Part shown: positions 11,326 to 23,460 of the stretch, one piece after another
How positions within the stretch are numbered: position 1 is the first letter of the stretch
Layout of the letters: each line of letters begins with the position of its first letter
Assembly: GCF_036321535.1 (NCBI RefSeq)
Contig: NC_087437.1
Coordinates: 29,762,001-29,826,000 of the forward strand
Length of the DNA: 64,000 nucleotides
From: Camelus dromedarius
Taxonomy: Eukaryota
Direction of reading: 5' to 3'
Program-made: the position numbers and the translations under genes
The notes under the pieces: generated by a model
What the model saw: only the letters and a program-made list of their open reading frames with translations
What the model was told of the DNA's origin: nothing
The model's database searches: none

Positions 11326-13789
11326 ACAACAAAAGTTTTGAGAAAATTCAGTTGATTAAAATTGGTCAAATACTAATACTTTCTACATTTTGTTACTTAA
11401 CCATAACCTAATGAAAAAATCTCATTTAAACTATAAAAAAGGTCAACTTCAAGATTTTGCAGGTTAAATTCATAATTATATTGCAATCCATTCCCATTAC
11501 CCAAATGACTTGAAAGAAAAAAAAATCCACAATTTGTCAAAATCTTTAAATGACTGAAAAAATTTTATTTGCTCAATTATGACACTGTTCAAAGAAAATC
11601 TACTTTCTTCCTTCTTAATGTTAAGAACAGACATATGTTTGTAACCCATGATGCTTAGAATGAGGCCATCTTCATGAATTGAAAGAAAGTATATCTTGAG
11701 TCTTCGACTTGATATCTTTTAATCTTGGCTGAACGTCTTCAGATAATGGCATATGTTAATTTGCCTATGAGCTTTATGCTTATAGGGATTACGTTCATAA
11801 GTGAGGATAGTAGAGATATATGTCACCTATTAATGATAATAATAATACTTATTCATCTGTTTTAGTGTGCCAGTGCACCCTGTGCCATACATCCCAAACT
11901 CAGTGCCTTTCCGTGATGTCATATGGTCTCCTTAGTGCCATACAGAATGTGGCAAGGGTTGGGATTGGTTTCAGAGGACCCAGATGGGGAACTTTGACAA
12001 ATTAGAGGGGACATGACAGAGTTTTGAGTAGACAGGTAGAAGAATCTAGGGAGTTTCAACTAATGCAGAGCAGTCAGGAAGCAGACACCTGAATGGAGTC
12101 TGGAGTTCAGGCCATGGATGAGCAAGAATAGAAGTGCTAAGCCAGGAGGGCAATTTCTGATTCGAATCCACAGACTGTTTTGTTCCCACTCTGTATAAGT
12201 GGCCATGAGCCCACTGGCTTTCACCATCTTAAGAAGCCCTGACAGCATAAGATTAATGATGACTATTTTATCCCCCAATTATAAAATACCTAGGGAACTA
12301 AAGAATTTGGAATTGGAATATTTCAAATTTGAAATCTAATTTAGTTTTAATCCCTTTTTGTTCCCTTACTTGTTAAAACTCCTTTGTATATATCTAAATT
12401 TTAGTATCTAAATAACCTACGTGATATTGGCTCTAAAATAGTTAAACTCCTGACCTTCTGACATCCAGGAAGGATGTTTAACAGACTTAGAGAGGAATTA
12501 CCATGGCATTATTGTTCTTGCCCAATGGGGTATCTTTTTCAGTTCAAACAAACTGCAAATTATTTTCCCACCACAAAATAACATTGCAACATGCAGGTAG
12601 AATACAGAGGCAGTAGAGAGTATTTTAAAAGTCCAAAAGTCACATTCTACCACATGAAAAGGAAAGCCATTTCCCAGAAAATAATCAGAATTAGCAGAAG
12701 GCATTTAGTAGAAAGCCCTGGATAGAAGCCACTTCCTTTAAAGATAGTTAAAGTGTTTCCATACTTAAAGTAACTCAGAACAATAATAATTTTTTAAACC
12801 CTCCATAATTGGTAATTCAGGCACAGACTCAAGAATATCACTTTCATTGCACAGATAGGCACAAGACAGGGGGCATGTGTCAGAACAACACAGAGAACCC
12901 AAAAGAAAACAAGATCAGAGATAAATGTATTACTTCACTTGGCTAAAGTTTTAGCAATGGCTTAAAAAGGAAGCTATGAATATAAATTTCAAGATTAATT
13001 AATTATTCATGCTTAATTAACTCTACAGAACACTTTATGTAGTTCTCCTTCCAAAATATAGGCTTAGCCATTTTGAATTAATTTCTCTTTTTGCTGCTAA
13101 AACTTTTCAAGTTAAGAATATTCCAGCCATTAGGGTTATTAGGACTAAATGGACGTACTTCTTTATTTTGATCAAGACACTATTACCCCAAGAGGCAAAC
13201 AAGGTAAGCAAGCAAGGACCTGATCATACACATTGGGCCGTTGTGGTAATGAAGAGAACAGCAACACATTTCAGGTTGTTCAGGTATGTGTGCAAGGCTC
13301 TCCCATTGCTCACCAGACACTAGACCTATAGCAACTAACCTGATTCACATCTCCCCCAAAGGCTGACCCTGCAGCTTTGAATATATTTCTTGACCTGCTT
13401 AAGGATTGCTGCTGTTCTTGTTGTTGAACACTCCTTTGAGCCCATATTCACCTCCAGCTACATTCCTATGACTCTTCTCCTTTATGCAAAATGTTAGTAA
13501 GTTGACAGATTGGAAAAAGCTGAAGAGTAATATGAGAGATGCAGAAAAGGGTAAAGACAAGAGTACAGGCAAATCCCAATAGACGTTTTGTATGTAGGCT
13601 TGCCTCAAACCCAGTCTGCTGTGCTGTGATTTGACAGTGGCTACATTCTTCTGCTTTAGGCCACACAGAATGTCTCCTAAGACTCATCAATGCATCAGTG
13701 CATTTCTCTCTCTCTCTCTCTTTTGCCTTTAACATACTTTTCAACTCACTCTAAGATAAAAACTAGTAATCTTAGAAGAATGAAGCCAC

Positions 13790-13972
13790 TGTAAAATCAC
13801 AGCATAACAGGAAGGAGAGAGAGGAATATATCTGATCTCTTTCTTCTCTCATTGGCTGAGCACAGCATCAGGGAGGGAAGGGAGCCTGGGTGATATGGCT
13901 CAGAAATGAGCTCCCCAGGGCACAGAACAACACAAAGAAGGGTGGAAAGATAAATGGAGAACCTCCAGCACA
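13790..13972 (-). mobile_element. MaLR LTR fragment (MLT1J/K-like)
   Basis: 'ggagcctgggtgatatggctcagaaatgagctccccagggcacagaac...agggtggaaagataaatgg'. Confidence 0.55.
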
Positions 13973-13974
13973 CT

Positions 13975-15530
13975 CTTCTCTCCTGGTTTTTTTCTTATTT
14001 GCCTGACAACATTTTGCAATCTCTTTGATAATTTTGCTTTCCCTGTCTGACCATTAAATGTTGGAATGTTCTAAGTCTTAGGTCTTCCTGTGTTCTCACT
14101 CCACAGCATCTCCTCAGGAGAGCTAGTCCATACTTACAGATGCAATTAGCACCTATATACACACCAGTGATCCACAGATGTATAATTCTAGCCCAGGTCA
14201 CTACTCTAAACCCGAGATCCCAATGCCCAAATGCCAAATGGACATCTCCAGTTAAATAGCTCAACTCAAAATGTCCACAACTGCCTTCATGATCTTCTCC
14301 TCTAATTGAGACCCTCTTCCAGTGTCCCTTTTCTGTGAGTGACTTAACTCGTCAGAAAGTTCCATCCCAGAATCCTCTCCTTTACACCCGTATGCAATAC
14401 ATTACGATGCCAATAAATTTGCCTTAGAAGATCTCTGACATCGCTCCGCCACTATATATCCACCACTACCACAGTCTTGGGCTCTTCATGTGCACCAGAA
14501 CTATCATCACCCATCTCACTCCTGCCTCCACTCTATTTGTTTTCAGCTTAGTAGCCAAGTGATCTTTAAAAATAAGCATAAGTCTGGTCATTCCAGTGTC
14601 ATGATTTAAAGTCTTCAGTCATTTCTCTTAGCCTATTAATCAGAATTTTTATCATGATCTACAGGACCTCCTCCAGATCCTCTCCCACCCTATTTCTTCT
14701 CACTTTCTTGTCAAATTGCCCTTATTTCAATTCCTGGGAAGTGCCGAGCCTCCTCCCACCAGAGGAGCTTTGTGAGTGGCTCCCTTTGCGTGAAGTGCTC
14801 TCCCCACCCCCAACTCCTTTGTCAGCATAACTCCAACCCACCTCAGGCTGGAATTTTTCTGGAAGAAAGCTTTCCTGCCTACCCCTCCCTGCTTCAACTT
14901 GATAAGCTCTTTCATAGGCACTGGTAGCTTGGATTCCCAGAATATACCTCATTTCTAATTTTAAATTTATTGGGAGGTGGGGGTGATTATCCCCTACCCT
15001 CGGGGGACTATAAGAACCTTTGAACAGGACTGTGTCTGCTTTTGCTTATCACTGTATTCACAGTACTGTGCCTAGTGGTGTGTTTATCCCTATATCACAG
15101 TACTGAATATGGTACAAGATTGTCTTAGTTCAGGCTGCTCTAACAGAATACCATAGAGACTGGGTGGTTTATAAACAATAAACATTCATTTCTCACAGTC
15201 CAGAGCCTGAGAAATTCAAGATTAAGGTACCAGCAGATTTGGCGTCTGTTGAGAGCCGTATACTTGGTTTACAGCTTGCAGTCTTCTCTCTGTGTCCTCA
15301 CATGGTAGAAGATGCTGAGGAGTTCTCTGGGGTCTCTTTTACGAGGTCACTAATCCCATTCATGAGGGCAGAGCCCTCCCAAAAGCCCCACCTCCAAATA
15401 CCACCACACTGGGGATTAGGTTTCACCATAACCCCCAGAAACGTTCAGTCTACAGCAGTGATCAACAAACATATTTGTTCAATGACAGCATGGAGAGATA
15501 ACTGGATGAGTGAGTAAATAAATGAATGCA
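13975..15530 (+). mobile_element. L2 3' portion, interrupted by an MLT1A LTR
   Basis: Pyrimidine-rich L2 motifs 'ggacatctccagttaaatagctcaactcaaaatgtcc' and 'ccaagtgatctttaaaaataagcataagtctggtca'. The L2 tail 'aaacatatttgttcaatga...aaatgaatg' resumes after 15460. Confidence 0.8.
15121..15457 (-). mobile_element. MaLR solo LTR (MLT1A/A0-like)
   Basis: TG...CA ends: 'tgtcttagttcaggctgctctaacagaataccatag...acgttcagtctacagca'. Confidence 0.88.
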
Positions 15531-16331
15531 CAGAAGTCATGCTAATCCTACAGCTGGGAAGCACTGAGATTCTAGCCGGGAGGTCTTGGGTGGAGGCTAA
15601 TAGTACAAGACTGAAACATGAAATAGAATGTAGAAACAGAATTCTTAATGATTTCAAGATTTGTGTAAATTAGAAAGTCTATTCAAGCCATCCCTTGGGT
15701 GGGTCCTCTGCCTCAAGGCATTCTGGGACCTCAGCATCCCAGGCCAGAAGAAATTGAGAGGAACTCAGGGCCAGGGAGAGTCTCACCTCGTTGACAGCAC
15801 ATGTTGGTATATGCCTGTTGTGAGGGGAGGAGCTCAAGAAAACAGGCCAAGCCACTCAGATTAATGCTAGGGTGCTCAGAGCTGACAGAGAGGTTAACGT
15901 GGAGTTCAGTTTCTGTTACAAAGAGCTGTTCTGCAGGGGTTTGCCATACCTGTCAGTCACTTGCAAAGACTTTCCAATCAGATAACACCCAGGAGAGGCT
16001 GGAGAGTTGAAGGAAAAAGGAACTAGTCAAACCTGCCGTCTTTACATGGCGGAGTGCTCTCATTTCAAGGAAACAATTTTGTGCATCTTAACGTTGCCAC
16101 ATGGATGCCAGCCCTCTTTTTTCCACTTTGAAAATGTTTTGGAACCGTCCTCTAAACCCAGCCTATAATTCAAAATAATACACAAAATTATTTTTAGGAA
16201 GAAAATGTACTGTTTATCATTAGATAATCTAAAGTAAATAAAAATAATAAAGAAATCTGTTTTGGAAGTAGTACATCTCTTCTGTATCTGAATATAACAT
16301 ACTACCAGGGTGAAATACAAAATCGACAGCT

Positions 16332-17681
16332 GAGAGAGAAGCAAGATGGCAGAGTAGAAGGACACTTATAGCTCACCCTCTCCCACAAATACACCAAAAC
16401 TCACATGTATGGACCTACTCAGCCAACCAGAGCACCTGCCGAACTCCAACAGAACATCGCCCTCTTCAAAAAACAAAGATGCCAAAAATCTGGTAGGAGA
16501 AAAGGAAAAAAGAAAGAAGAAAAAGCAAAACACTTTGGGACCAATCCCAAGGGGAGGGAGTGGCAAAGGAGGACTGGTGCTCATTAGCTGGGTCTCCCCT
16601 CTCCAACGGAGAGGCCAGTGGGATGGAAGGGGAGCCTCCATGGCTCAGATCTGCCCTAACACCCCTTGACCAACAGAACTGAGTTAAACGGGCACAAAGG
16701 GTCCCTGTGACACCCAGCCCGAGACGCGAGCCAGCAGCTGGGGCCGGGACAGGCCACCCAAGCCAGGCGGAGGACTGGGGCGGCTGCACTGAGGCAGCCC
16801 CAGGGGACTGCAGGGGGCTGCGCACCATGGCTGGGAGAGGATAAGGAACAGAACAACCTTGGTCCTCCATAAATTGTGAAAAAAGAAAAGCAACATGGCT
16901 GGTGTGCCTTGGGTGGGGGGCGCTGTAGCCTTTGTCTCCTCAGACCTGCGCTGCCATTACTGGCACTTCTTGCGAGAAGAGAGGTGGGGTGCAGCCACAG
17001 CCGCCATCTCCTCCTGTGCTCAGCATCTGGGTTGGGACGGGGCCGAGACCTGAATCTGCACCCAGGGGCTCTGCAACCTCTAGGCAGGACTGAGACTTGT
17101 TTACAGCCCAAGGCAGATAGGATCTTTCTGCCCTGGCACCCCAGAGAATTTGCACCACGAAGACAAACAAGGAGCTGAGAGTTGGCACAGAGCAGGGGTG
17201 GGGCCATTCTGTGGTCTTCCCCGAGCCTGCCTACGGAGCACCAACCTGAGGCGGAGTGGGTAGCTGCACAGAGCAGCGGAGCCACCAGCGCCAGGAGAGG
17301 GTGGGCAGCCACCCCCCTTCCTGGCAGGAACACAGCACCTGACCACGGTGCTGGGAGGGGGTGCGATCCACCCACCTGCCTCCCCCAGAGCACAGCATCT
17401 GACTGTGGCATCGGGAGGAGGGGAGTGACCCACCTGCCCACCAGGAAAGAGCTCAGCTCCTGACCCAGTGTTAGGAGAGGGCACGAGCTGCTAGCCGACA
17501 ACCACTGGGAGCATCACAGAAGAGAGTGCCAACAGAGGGCCTCTGGAAACAGCAAGCTGAGATCGTGGAACAGGGAGAAGACACAACGACCTCTCGATAA
17601 AATCGTTAAGAGCACAGCGTCTCCAGGAGAACTAGATAACTGATACTCCTTAAGCCACAGTGCCAGAGAGATAAGAGCAAT
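16332..17681 (+). promoter_or_regulatory. L1 5'UTR internal promoter (GC-rich, YY1-type motif caagatggc at 16342-16350)
   Basis: Lies upstream of ORF1, is GC/CpG-enriched, and has a YY1 core at the 5' end as in other mammalian L1s. Confidence 0.75.
17270..17490 (+). repeat. Degenerate ~60-bp tandem repeats in the L1 5'UTR (3-4 units)
   Basis: Recurring 'ccac(c)..cc...agca(c/t)ctgac...g(g/a)gagggg' units near 17308, 17368 and 17428. Confidence 0.6.
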
Positions 17682-18569
17682 ATGAAGAAGCAGAGGAACC
17701 ACTCCCAATTAAAAGATCAAGAGAAATCCCCTGAAAGCACGATCAAGGAAATTGACATTGATGGCCTACTAGATCAAGATTTCAAAAAAGGAGTGATCAA
17801 AGTACTGAAGGAACTAAAAGAAATAGTGTTTAGAGATATAAAAAATGTCAAACATGACATAGAAGCTATAAAGAACCAAGTAGAATTAGTAAACTCATTT
17901 GCTGAGATGAGAGCTGACCTAAAGGCTGTACAAAGCAGGCTAGATAATGCAGAGGAACGAATAAGTGACCTAGAAGACAGGACAACAGAAAGCACCCAAT
18001 CAGAACAGCTGAGAGAAAAACAAATAAAAAACAATGAAAACAACATAAGGGACCTATGAGATAATATAAAGCGTTCCAATCTACGCATAGTAAGGGTTCC
18101 AGAAGGGGAAGAAAGAACAAAGGGGATTGAAAAGGTATTTGAAGAAATCATGACTGAAAACTTCCCAAACCTAAAGGAATCAGATATCCAAGTACAGGAG
18201 GCTCAGAGGGTCCCAAACAGGAAGAACCCAAACAGACCCGTACCAAGACATATCATAATCAAGATGGCAAAAGTCAAGGATAAAGAAATGATCCTAAAGG
18301 CAGCAAGAGAAAAACAAAGAGTGAGTTACAAGGGAACCCCCATAAGGCCCTCAGCTGATTTCTCTACGCAAACACTACAGGCCAGAAGGGAGTGGCAAGA
18401 TATATTCAAAGTCCTGAATGAAAAAAAGATGCAGCCTAGGATACTCTATCCAGCAAAGCTATCCTTTAGGATAGAAAGAGAGAGAAAGAACTTTACAGAC
18501 AAGCAAAAACTAAAAGAGTTTAGCAACACTAAACCTATGCTAAAAGAAATATTCACAGGTCTACTCTAA
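17682..18569 (+). pseudogene. L1 ORF1p (coiled coil, RRM, CTD), 295 codons with one premature TGA at 18057-18059
   Basis: The 17682-18059 and 18150-18569 ORFs are in one frame. Read-through gives RDL*DNIKRSNLRIVRVPEGEE, then PRHIIIKM, ARREW and YPAKLS motifs. Confidence 0.95.
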
Positions 18570-18712
18570 ATAGAAAAGAAGCAGGATGCTACAAAAATGA
18601 GAAACTCATAACTGGAAAGGTGATAACTACCATGAATTCCAAATAGAATAAACACAAAATTGTAAAAGAAGACATCTAAATCATTAAGAGTGGGAGAGGG
18701 AAGCAAAGAAAG

Positions 18713-19081
18713 CCATTGTGGAAAACAGTATGGAGATTCCTCAAAAGACTAGGAATAGACCTACCATATGACCCAGGAATCCCACTCCTGGGCATATATC
18801 CAGAAGGAACCCTACTTTAAAATGACATCTGCACCCCAGTGTTCATAGCAGCACTGTTTACAATAGGCAAGACATGGAAACAGCCTAAATGTCCATCAAC
18901 AGATGACTGAGTACAGAAGATGTGGTATATTTATACGACAGAATACTATTCAGCCACAAAAACCAACAACATAACGCCATTTGCAGCAACATGGATGTCC
19001 CTGGAGAATGTCATTCAAAGTTAAGTAAGCCAGAAAGAGAAAGAAAAATACCATATGAGATCACTTATATGAGGAATCTAA
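18713..19081 (+). pseudogene. L1 ORF2 C-terminal remnant
   Basis: PLWKTVWRFLKRLGIDLPYDPGIPLLGIYP...KTWKQPKCPS, with in-frame stops at 18818, 18908, 19022 and 19070. Confidence 0.92.
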
Positions 19082-20594
19082 AAACAAAACAAAACAAAAC
19101 AGAAAAACAAAACAGAAACACAAAACAGAAACAGACTCATAGACATAGAATATAAACTTGTGGTTGCCAAGGGGGCAGAGGGTGGGAAGGGACAGACTGG
19201 GATTTTAAAATGCAGAATAGATAAACAAGATTATACTGTATAGCACAGGGAAAAATATACAAGATCTTGTGGTAGCTCATTGCGAAAAAAAATGTGACAA
19301 TGAATACACACATGTTCATGTACGACTGAAAAATTGTGCTCTGCACTAGAATTTGACACAACATTGTAAAATAACTATTACTCAATAAAAAAATGTAAAA
19401 AAAAATTGACAGCTAACAATTATGATACATAAGGTTGAATTGTGAGCCTGAGGAGCTACCAAGTATGTATGGAATTAGGAATTTTTTTTTCATGCCAGGG
19501 CAGCTGTTACATTCTCCAACATCAGATAAATTGCATTTTATCTATCTTCAGAATGTATCAAGTCTCAGACTCCCTGGCAAGTTGGGCATTATTTGTTTAT
19601 TGTTTGTTTGTTTAACTTTTAGAGCTTTTCTCCATTTTTTTATATGTATATAGTAGTCCCATCTTGATGCAGCTGTTTTCGGTTATTTGCAGAGCCCAAC
19701 TGGATACACGCAGCACTCATGCAAAGACTGAAGGAAGGAGGAGCAGAGCCAGGTAATGCCTTCTCTCAGAGGCACGATAATGCCAAGGCTTAGACTTGAC
19801 TTTGCAGTTTTCCAAACTTGTCTGTTTCCAATGGCAACTGTGAAATACAACCAGCAGAGTGTTTCATATTTAGATTGCTTTTGTCAGTGGGTTGCATAAT
19901 TAGATTGAATGTGCTTAATCTCTTTGAAAGCTAAAACATGGAAAGATTTCATTTGATGAAAAGGAAAAAAAAAGCAATGGAAAGTATTTGAAACCGAAGC
20001 ATTTGTGGATTTCTAGCAGCAATACATAATGTCCCTTCCTGCTTCGGTTTCAGAAGCTGCAGTCTAGAACTGCTGCATCTAAATGGTGCGGTTTAAAGAA
20101 AAATTTGTTGTGGTTGCTTCTTAAAATCAGAGCCAGAAAGAAAAAGGATTGCATCATAATATCTCTCATTATAGGGTTAGGGAAAGAAAACAAAGTTGTC
20201 CCATTCAACAAACCTTTTTTGAGGATCTATGATCCAAGGCGTCATGTTTGGCCTGGTAGGGAGATGTGAACCAGACAAATCCTGCCTCTGAGTTTGCAGC
20301 CAATTAAGGAGAATTTGACTGTTAATAAATAATATAACAGGGACTATTCTGTGTGTCTTAAGATTGTCAGATTCCTCTGTGCTGACAGGATCAGAGACTT
20401 CTTGGGATAATATGTCAGTTGAACCCAGCCTTAAAAGAAATAAGCAAATGCACAGAAGCAGGAAACACAAAACACCATATAGTGTCTGCCCTTGTCTAAA
20501 TGTCCACTGATACAATGATCAAATACCGATTTTGAAATAGCAAGCAGCTTTTCTGGGTGTTTAAATTCTCAGCTTTATCTGCAAGAACTATCTG

Positions 20595-20690
20595 TCTTTT
20601 TTCTTTCTTCCTTTTTTCTTTCTTCCTTTTTCTTTTTCTTTCTTCCTTCCTTCCATCCTTCCTTCCTTTCCTTCCTTTCTTTTTCTTATT
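20595..20690. repeat. CT-rich low-complexity tract (TTTC/TTCC)
   Basis: Direct reading. Confidence 0.85.
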
Positions 20691-21611
20691 TACTTGTTTG
20701 TTTGCTTTTCAAGTCAGCTTAAAAGAACTCTGTAAAGCAGCTCAACTAACACAGAGATTCCCATCTTTCAAAACAAGTGGAGTGGTGGGTTTTGTTTTCT
20801 TTTAAATTTCGGTCACATTAGTATGTTTTTCACCCAGATGAGACTTCAGCTCAGAAATGCTAGTTTTAAAAATTCTGATTTCATCCATCTCCAATACCTG
20901 ACACCTCAAAGGCTTCCTCTTCCACATACCTCTTACTAGATATCCCTTACTCTCTTCAGATCTGTTCTCCCCCCACCCCCACACAGGCATGTAGGGGGGA
21001 AAACCAAACTCAGTCTCCAGATATCTCCTGAAAGCCCAAAACAAAATATATTATCAAGAGGGAGTGTGTGTTAACTTCACACACTTACGGCAAGTTCAGA
21101 CTTATAAAATCAACCCTTGATGACAGACTCAAAAAAAAAAGTGTATATATATATAGTATATAAGATAGTTGTTCATTCTGTCCTCAACCACCTCAGCAGT
21201 GGAGTCAGTGCATTTCAAATAAGCCTTTTTACAAGAACTGATTTATTCAATTAGCAGTCATTCAAAAATAACAGTACCCATTGTAATCTAAATTTTTTAT
21301 TTTTAAATAGTAACTTATTTCTTCAATAATGAATTTTTTTATATTTTATACTTATTTATTTATATTATTTTAGCTTTTATTACTTACCTCTTTAATACAA
21401 GTTTATTGCAAATTTTAGAAGATACAGGTAGGCAAAAAGAATAGAAGTTTTCTGCAATCCAGTCATTAGTCTCTTATAAAATAGTTTACATATTTTTTTC
21501 TTCTAGATTATAACTCTCCTAAGACCAAACAACATACATTGTTTATCTTTTTAGCTTTCAAGTATATCATACATCATTGGGAGATTTAAATATTTAAAAC
21601 ATGAACTTCGA

Positions 21612-22060
21612 CCTGCCTGGTGTAAAGTATGGAGAATCACATGGGGAGCTCTTCCCAAATCACACAGCCTACCACGGATTCCCTTATCCACCATGACACC
21701 CTTTCAGGGAGATTCTAGAATAGTGACTTGTAACTGAGGGCAGGCTTCTCAGCCTCAGCGCTAGTGCCATTATGCCCTGGATGATTCTTTGTTGTGAGGT
21801 CTGTGTCATGCATCGGTTAGCAGCGTCCCTGGCCTCTATCCACCAGATGCCAGAAGTATCCTTCTTCCCCAGCTGTGACAATCAGAAATGTGTCCAGACA
21901 TTTTGCCCCCAGGGAACTAAGCTGCCCCAATTTCCCTTTGAAAACTGTGGCTATAAACCAATTAAATCAGATTCTCTGGGGGCTAAAACCCAGGAGTGTG
22001 AAGATTTTGAAAGCTCCCTAGGAGATTCTAATGTGCAACCCAGGAAAGTCCATGAGAATG
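21612..22060. mobile_element. MER5A-like hAT MITE interrupted by MER20 (21741-21950)
   Basis: MER5A-like 'gaatcacatggggagctc' and 'aaatcagattctctggggg...aagctccctaggagattctaatgtgcaacc'. MER20-like 'agcagcgtccctggcctctatccaccagatgccag...tgtgacaatcagaaatgtgtccagaca'. Confidence 0.85.
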
Positions 22061-23074
22061 GGACCAGCTCTGTCATTCCATCTTATTTACTGCTCTACCA
22101 GTTGAATATAACTGAGTAGCCCAGTAAGCCAATGGGAACGCTAATGAGAGACGTTAAATTTAGGGTTTATTAAACATTCAAATATGGACTTCAAACGTTA
22201 ATGGTGGTAGGGTTTCAAGTTATGTCTACCTTTGTTACAATATTATATATAGTTCATATTATTTATAAAGTAATATATAAATAATCAGAGTGAAAAATGT
22301 GACAATACATATTTGACTCTTGCATATCTAAAGGCACTTTGTTTTGGTTATTATGTAGGTAGCAAATAAAAATTGTTGACTTATTCACAACCTTGCCTCA
22401 AGAGTAAAACTTGATCTGTTTGCTCCTGCATGGTAAAATATGCTATTTTTGGCTTTACAGTATAATTAGTATAATGGCATACTTGGTGTGGATCTTCTTG
22501 TTGCTTCTCACTATAAATATTCATATTTCAGGTTATATTTTTTAATACATTGATTTGACATAAAAATACTTTGTTTTCATAAGGCTAGAATTTTATCCTA
22601 CATTGACCACCCCCAACAGCATCTGCCATTTCTGAAACTGTATAAATTGGTAGAAATTAACCTATGTAAGTGATTTTTTAAATGTTATTTTCTCCATTTT
22701 ATTTCATAGACTTTAAAGTTTAAGGCAACTATTTCTTAAACCAATGGTTCGAATTTGAGAGAAAATGAATATTTTGGGCTGTTTATAATTTTTGTGAAGA
22801 TGTTTATAATAATGGAAATTACACAGAAGATAACCTAGCCTCAGTTTCCTTTGCCTCCTATTCAGCCATTTTCTTTTTCTCCTGAATTTTTTTGCCTGGC
22901 ATTGTCAAATAATGACTTTAAAAACGCCTGTTGTAGCCTCCCTGCCCGATGAATGAGTGAGTGACTGGCTAAGCTTTAGCTGCAGTGCAGCAGTGTTTGG
23001 GGAGGTCTCACATAACCCATGGAAAAATGTACCCAGGAATGTTTGCTCACTGTTTGATTGACTCTGTGGTGAAG

Positions 23075-23230
23075 ACATAATAACAACAGTTAACACTGAA
23101 AACACAATGTGCAGTGCATGTCTTTTAAAGTATTTAACTCCTCCCAACAACCTTATGAAGCGTTATCCTGATTGTGTAAATGAGGATTATGTAACACAAA
23201 GCAATTAAGTAATTTTCCTACATGGCTATT
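23075..23230 (-). mobile_element. MIR SINE fragment
   Basis: 'tttaactcctcccaacaaccttatgaag...aaatgaggat...ttaagtaatttt'. Confidence 0.7.
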
Positions 23231-23344
23231 CTAAATGTCAGTTTCTATTCTTATCTATCTAGTATGATTCTCTCAGATTATAGAAAATTGCTTCTCCACC
23301 CTGCTCCTCACGAGATACACGAGATCTTCTTTGTTAACATTGAC

Positions 23345-23460
23345 AATCCTAAAATAAAAAAGATTGATGATGCCAACTGTTGGTGAGGATGTGGAGCAAC
23401 TAAAACTCGCAGGCACTGCAGATAGGAATGTAAATTGGTACAACCATTTTGAGGAAAAAC
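23345..23460 (+). mobile_element. Old L1 ORF2 3' fragment
   Basis: 'tgttggtgaggatgtggagcaac...aggaatgtaaattggtacaaccatttt'. Confidence 0.8.

Larger units (their letters stand above)
16332..19401 (+). mobile_element. TSD-flanked L1 with full 5'UTR, ORF1, last ~122 codons of ORF2, 3'UTR and A tail; EN/RT absent
   Basis: TSD aaaatcgacagct (16319-16331) / aaaattgacagct (19402-19414). 5' 'gagagagaagcaagatggc'. Junction to ORF2 'PLWKTVWRFLK' at ~18711. AATAAA plus A tail at 19384-19405. Confidence 0.95.

Noticed and set aside
17270..17490. Regularly spaced repeats as a CRISPR-like array
   Set aside because: Degenerate tandem units without unique spacers, inside a mammalian L1 5'UTR, with no cas genes.
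17774..18151. 125-aa minus-strand ORF
   Set aside because: Antisense shadow of L1 ORF1.
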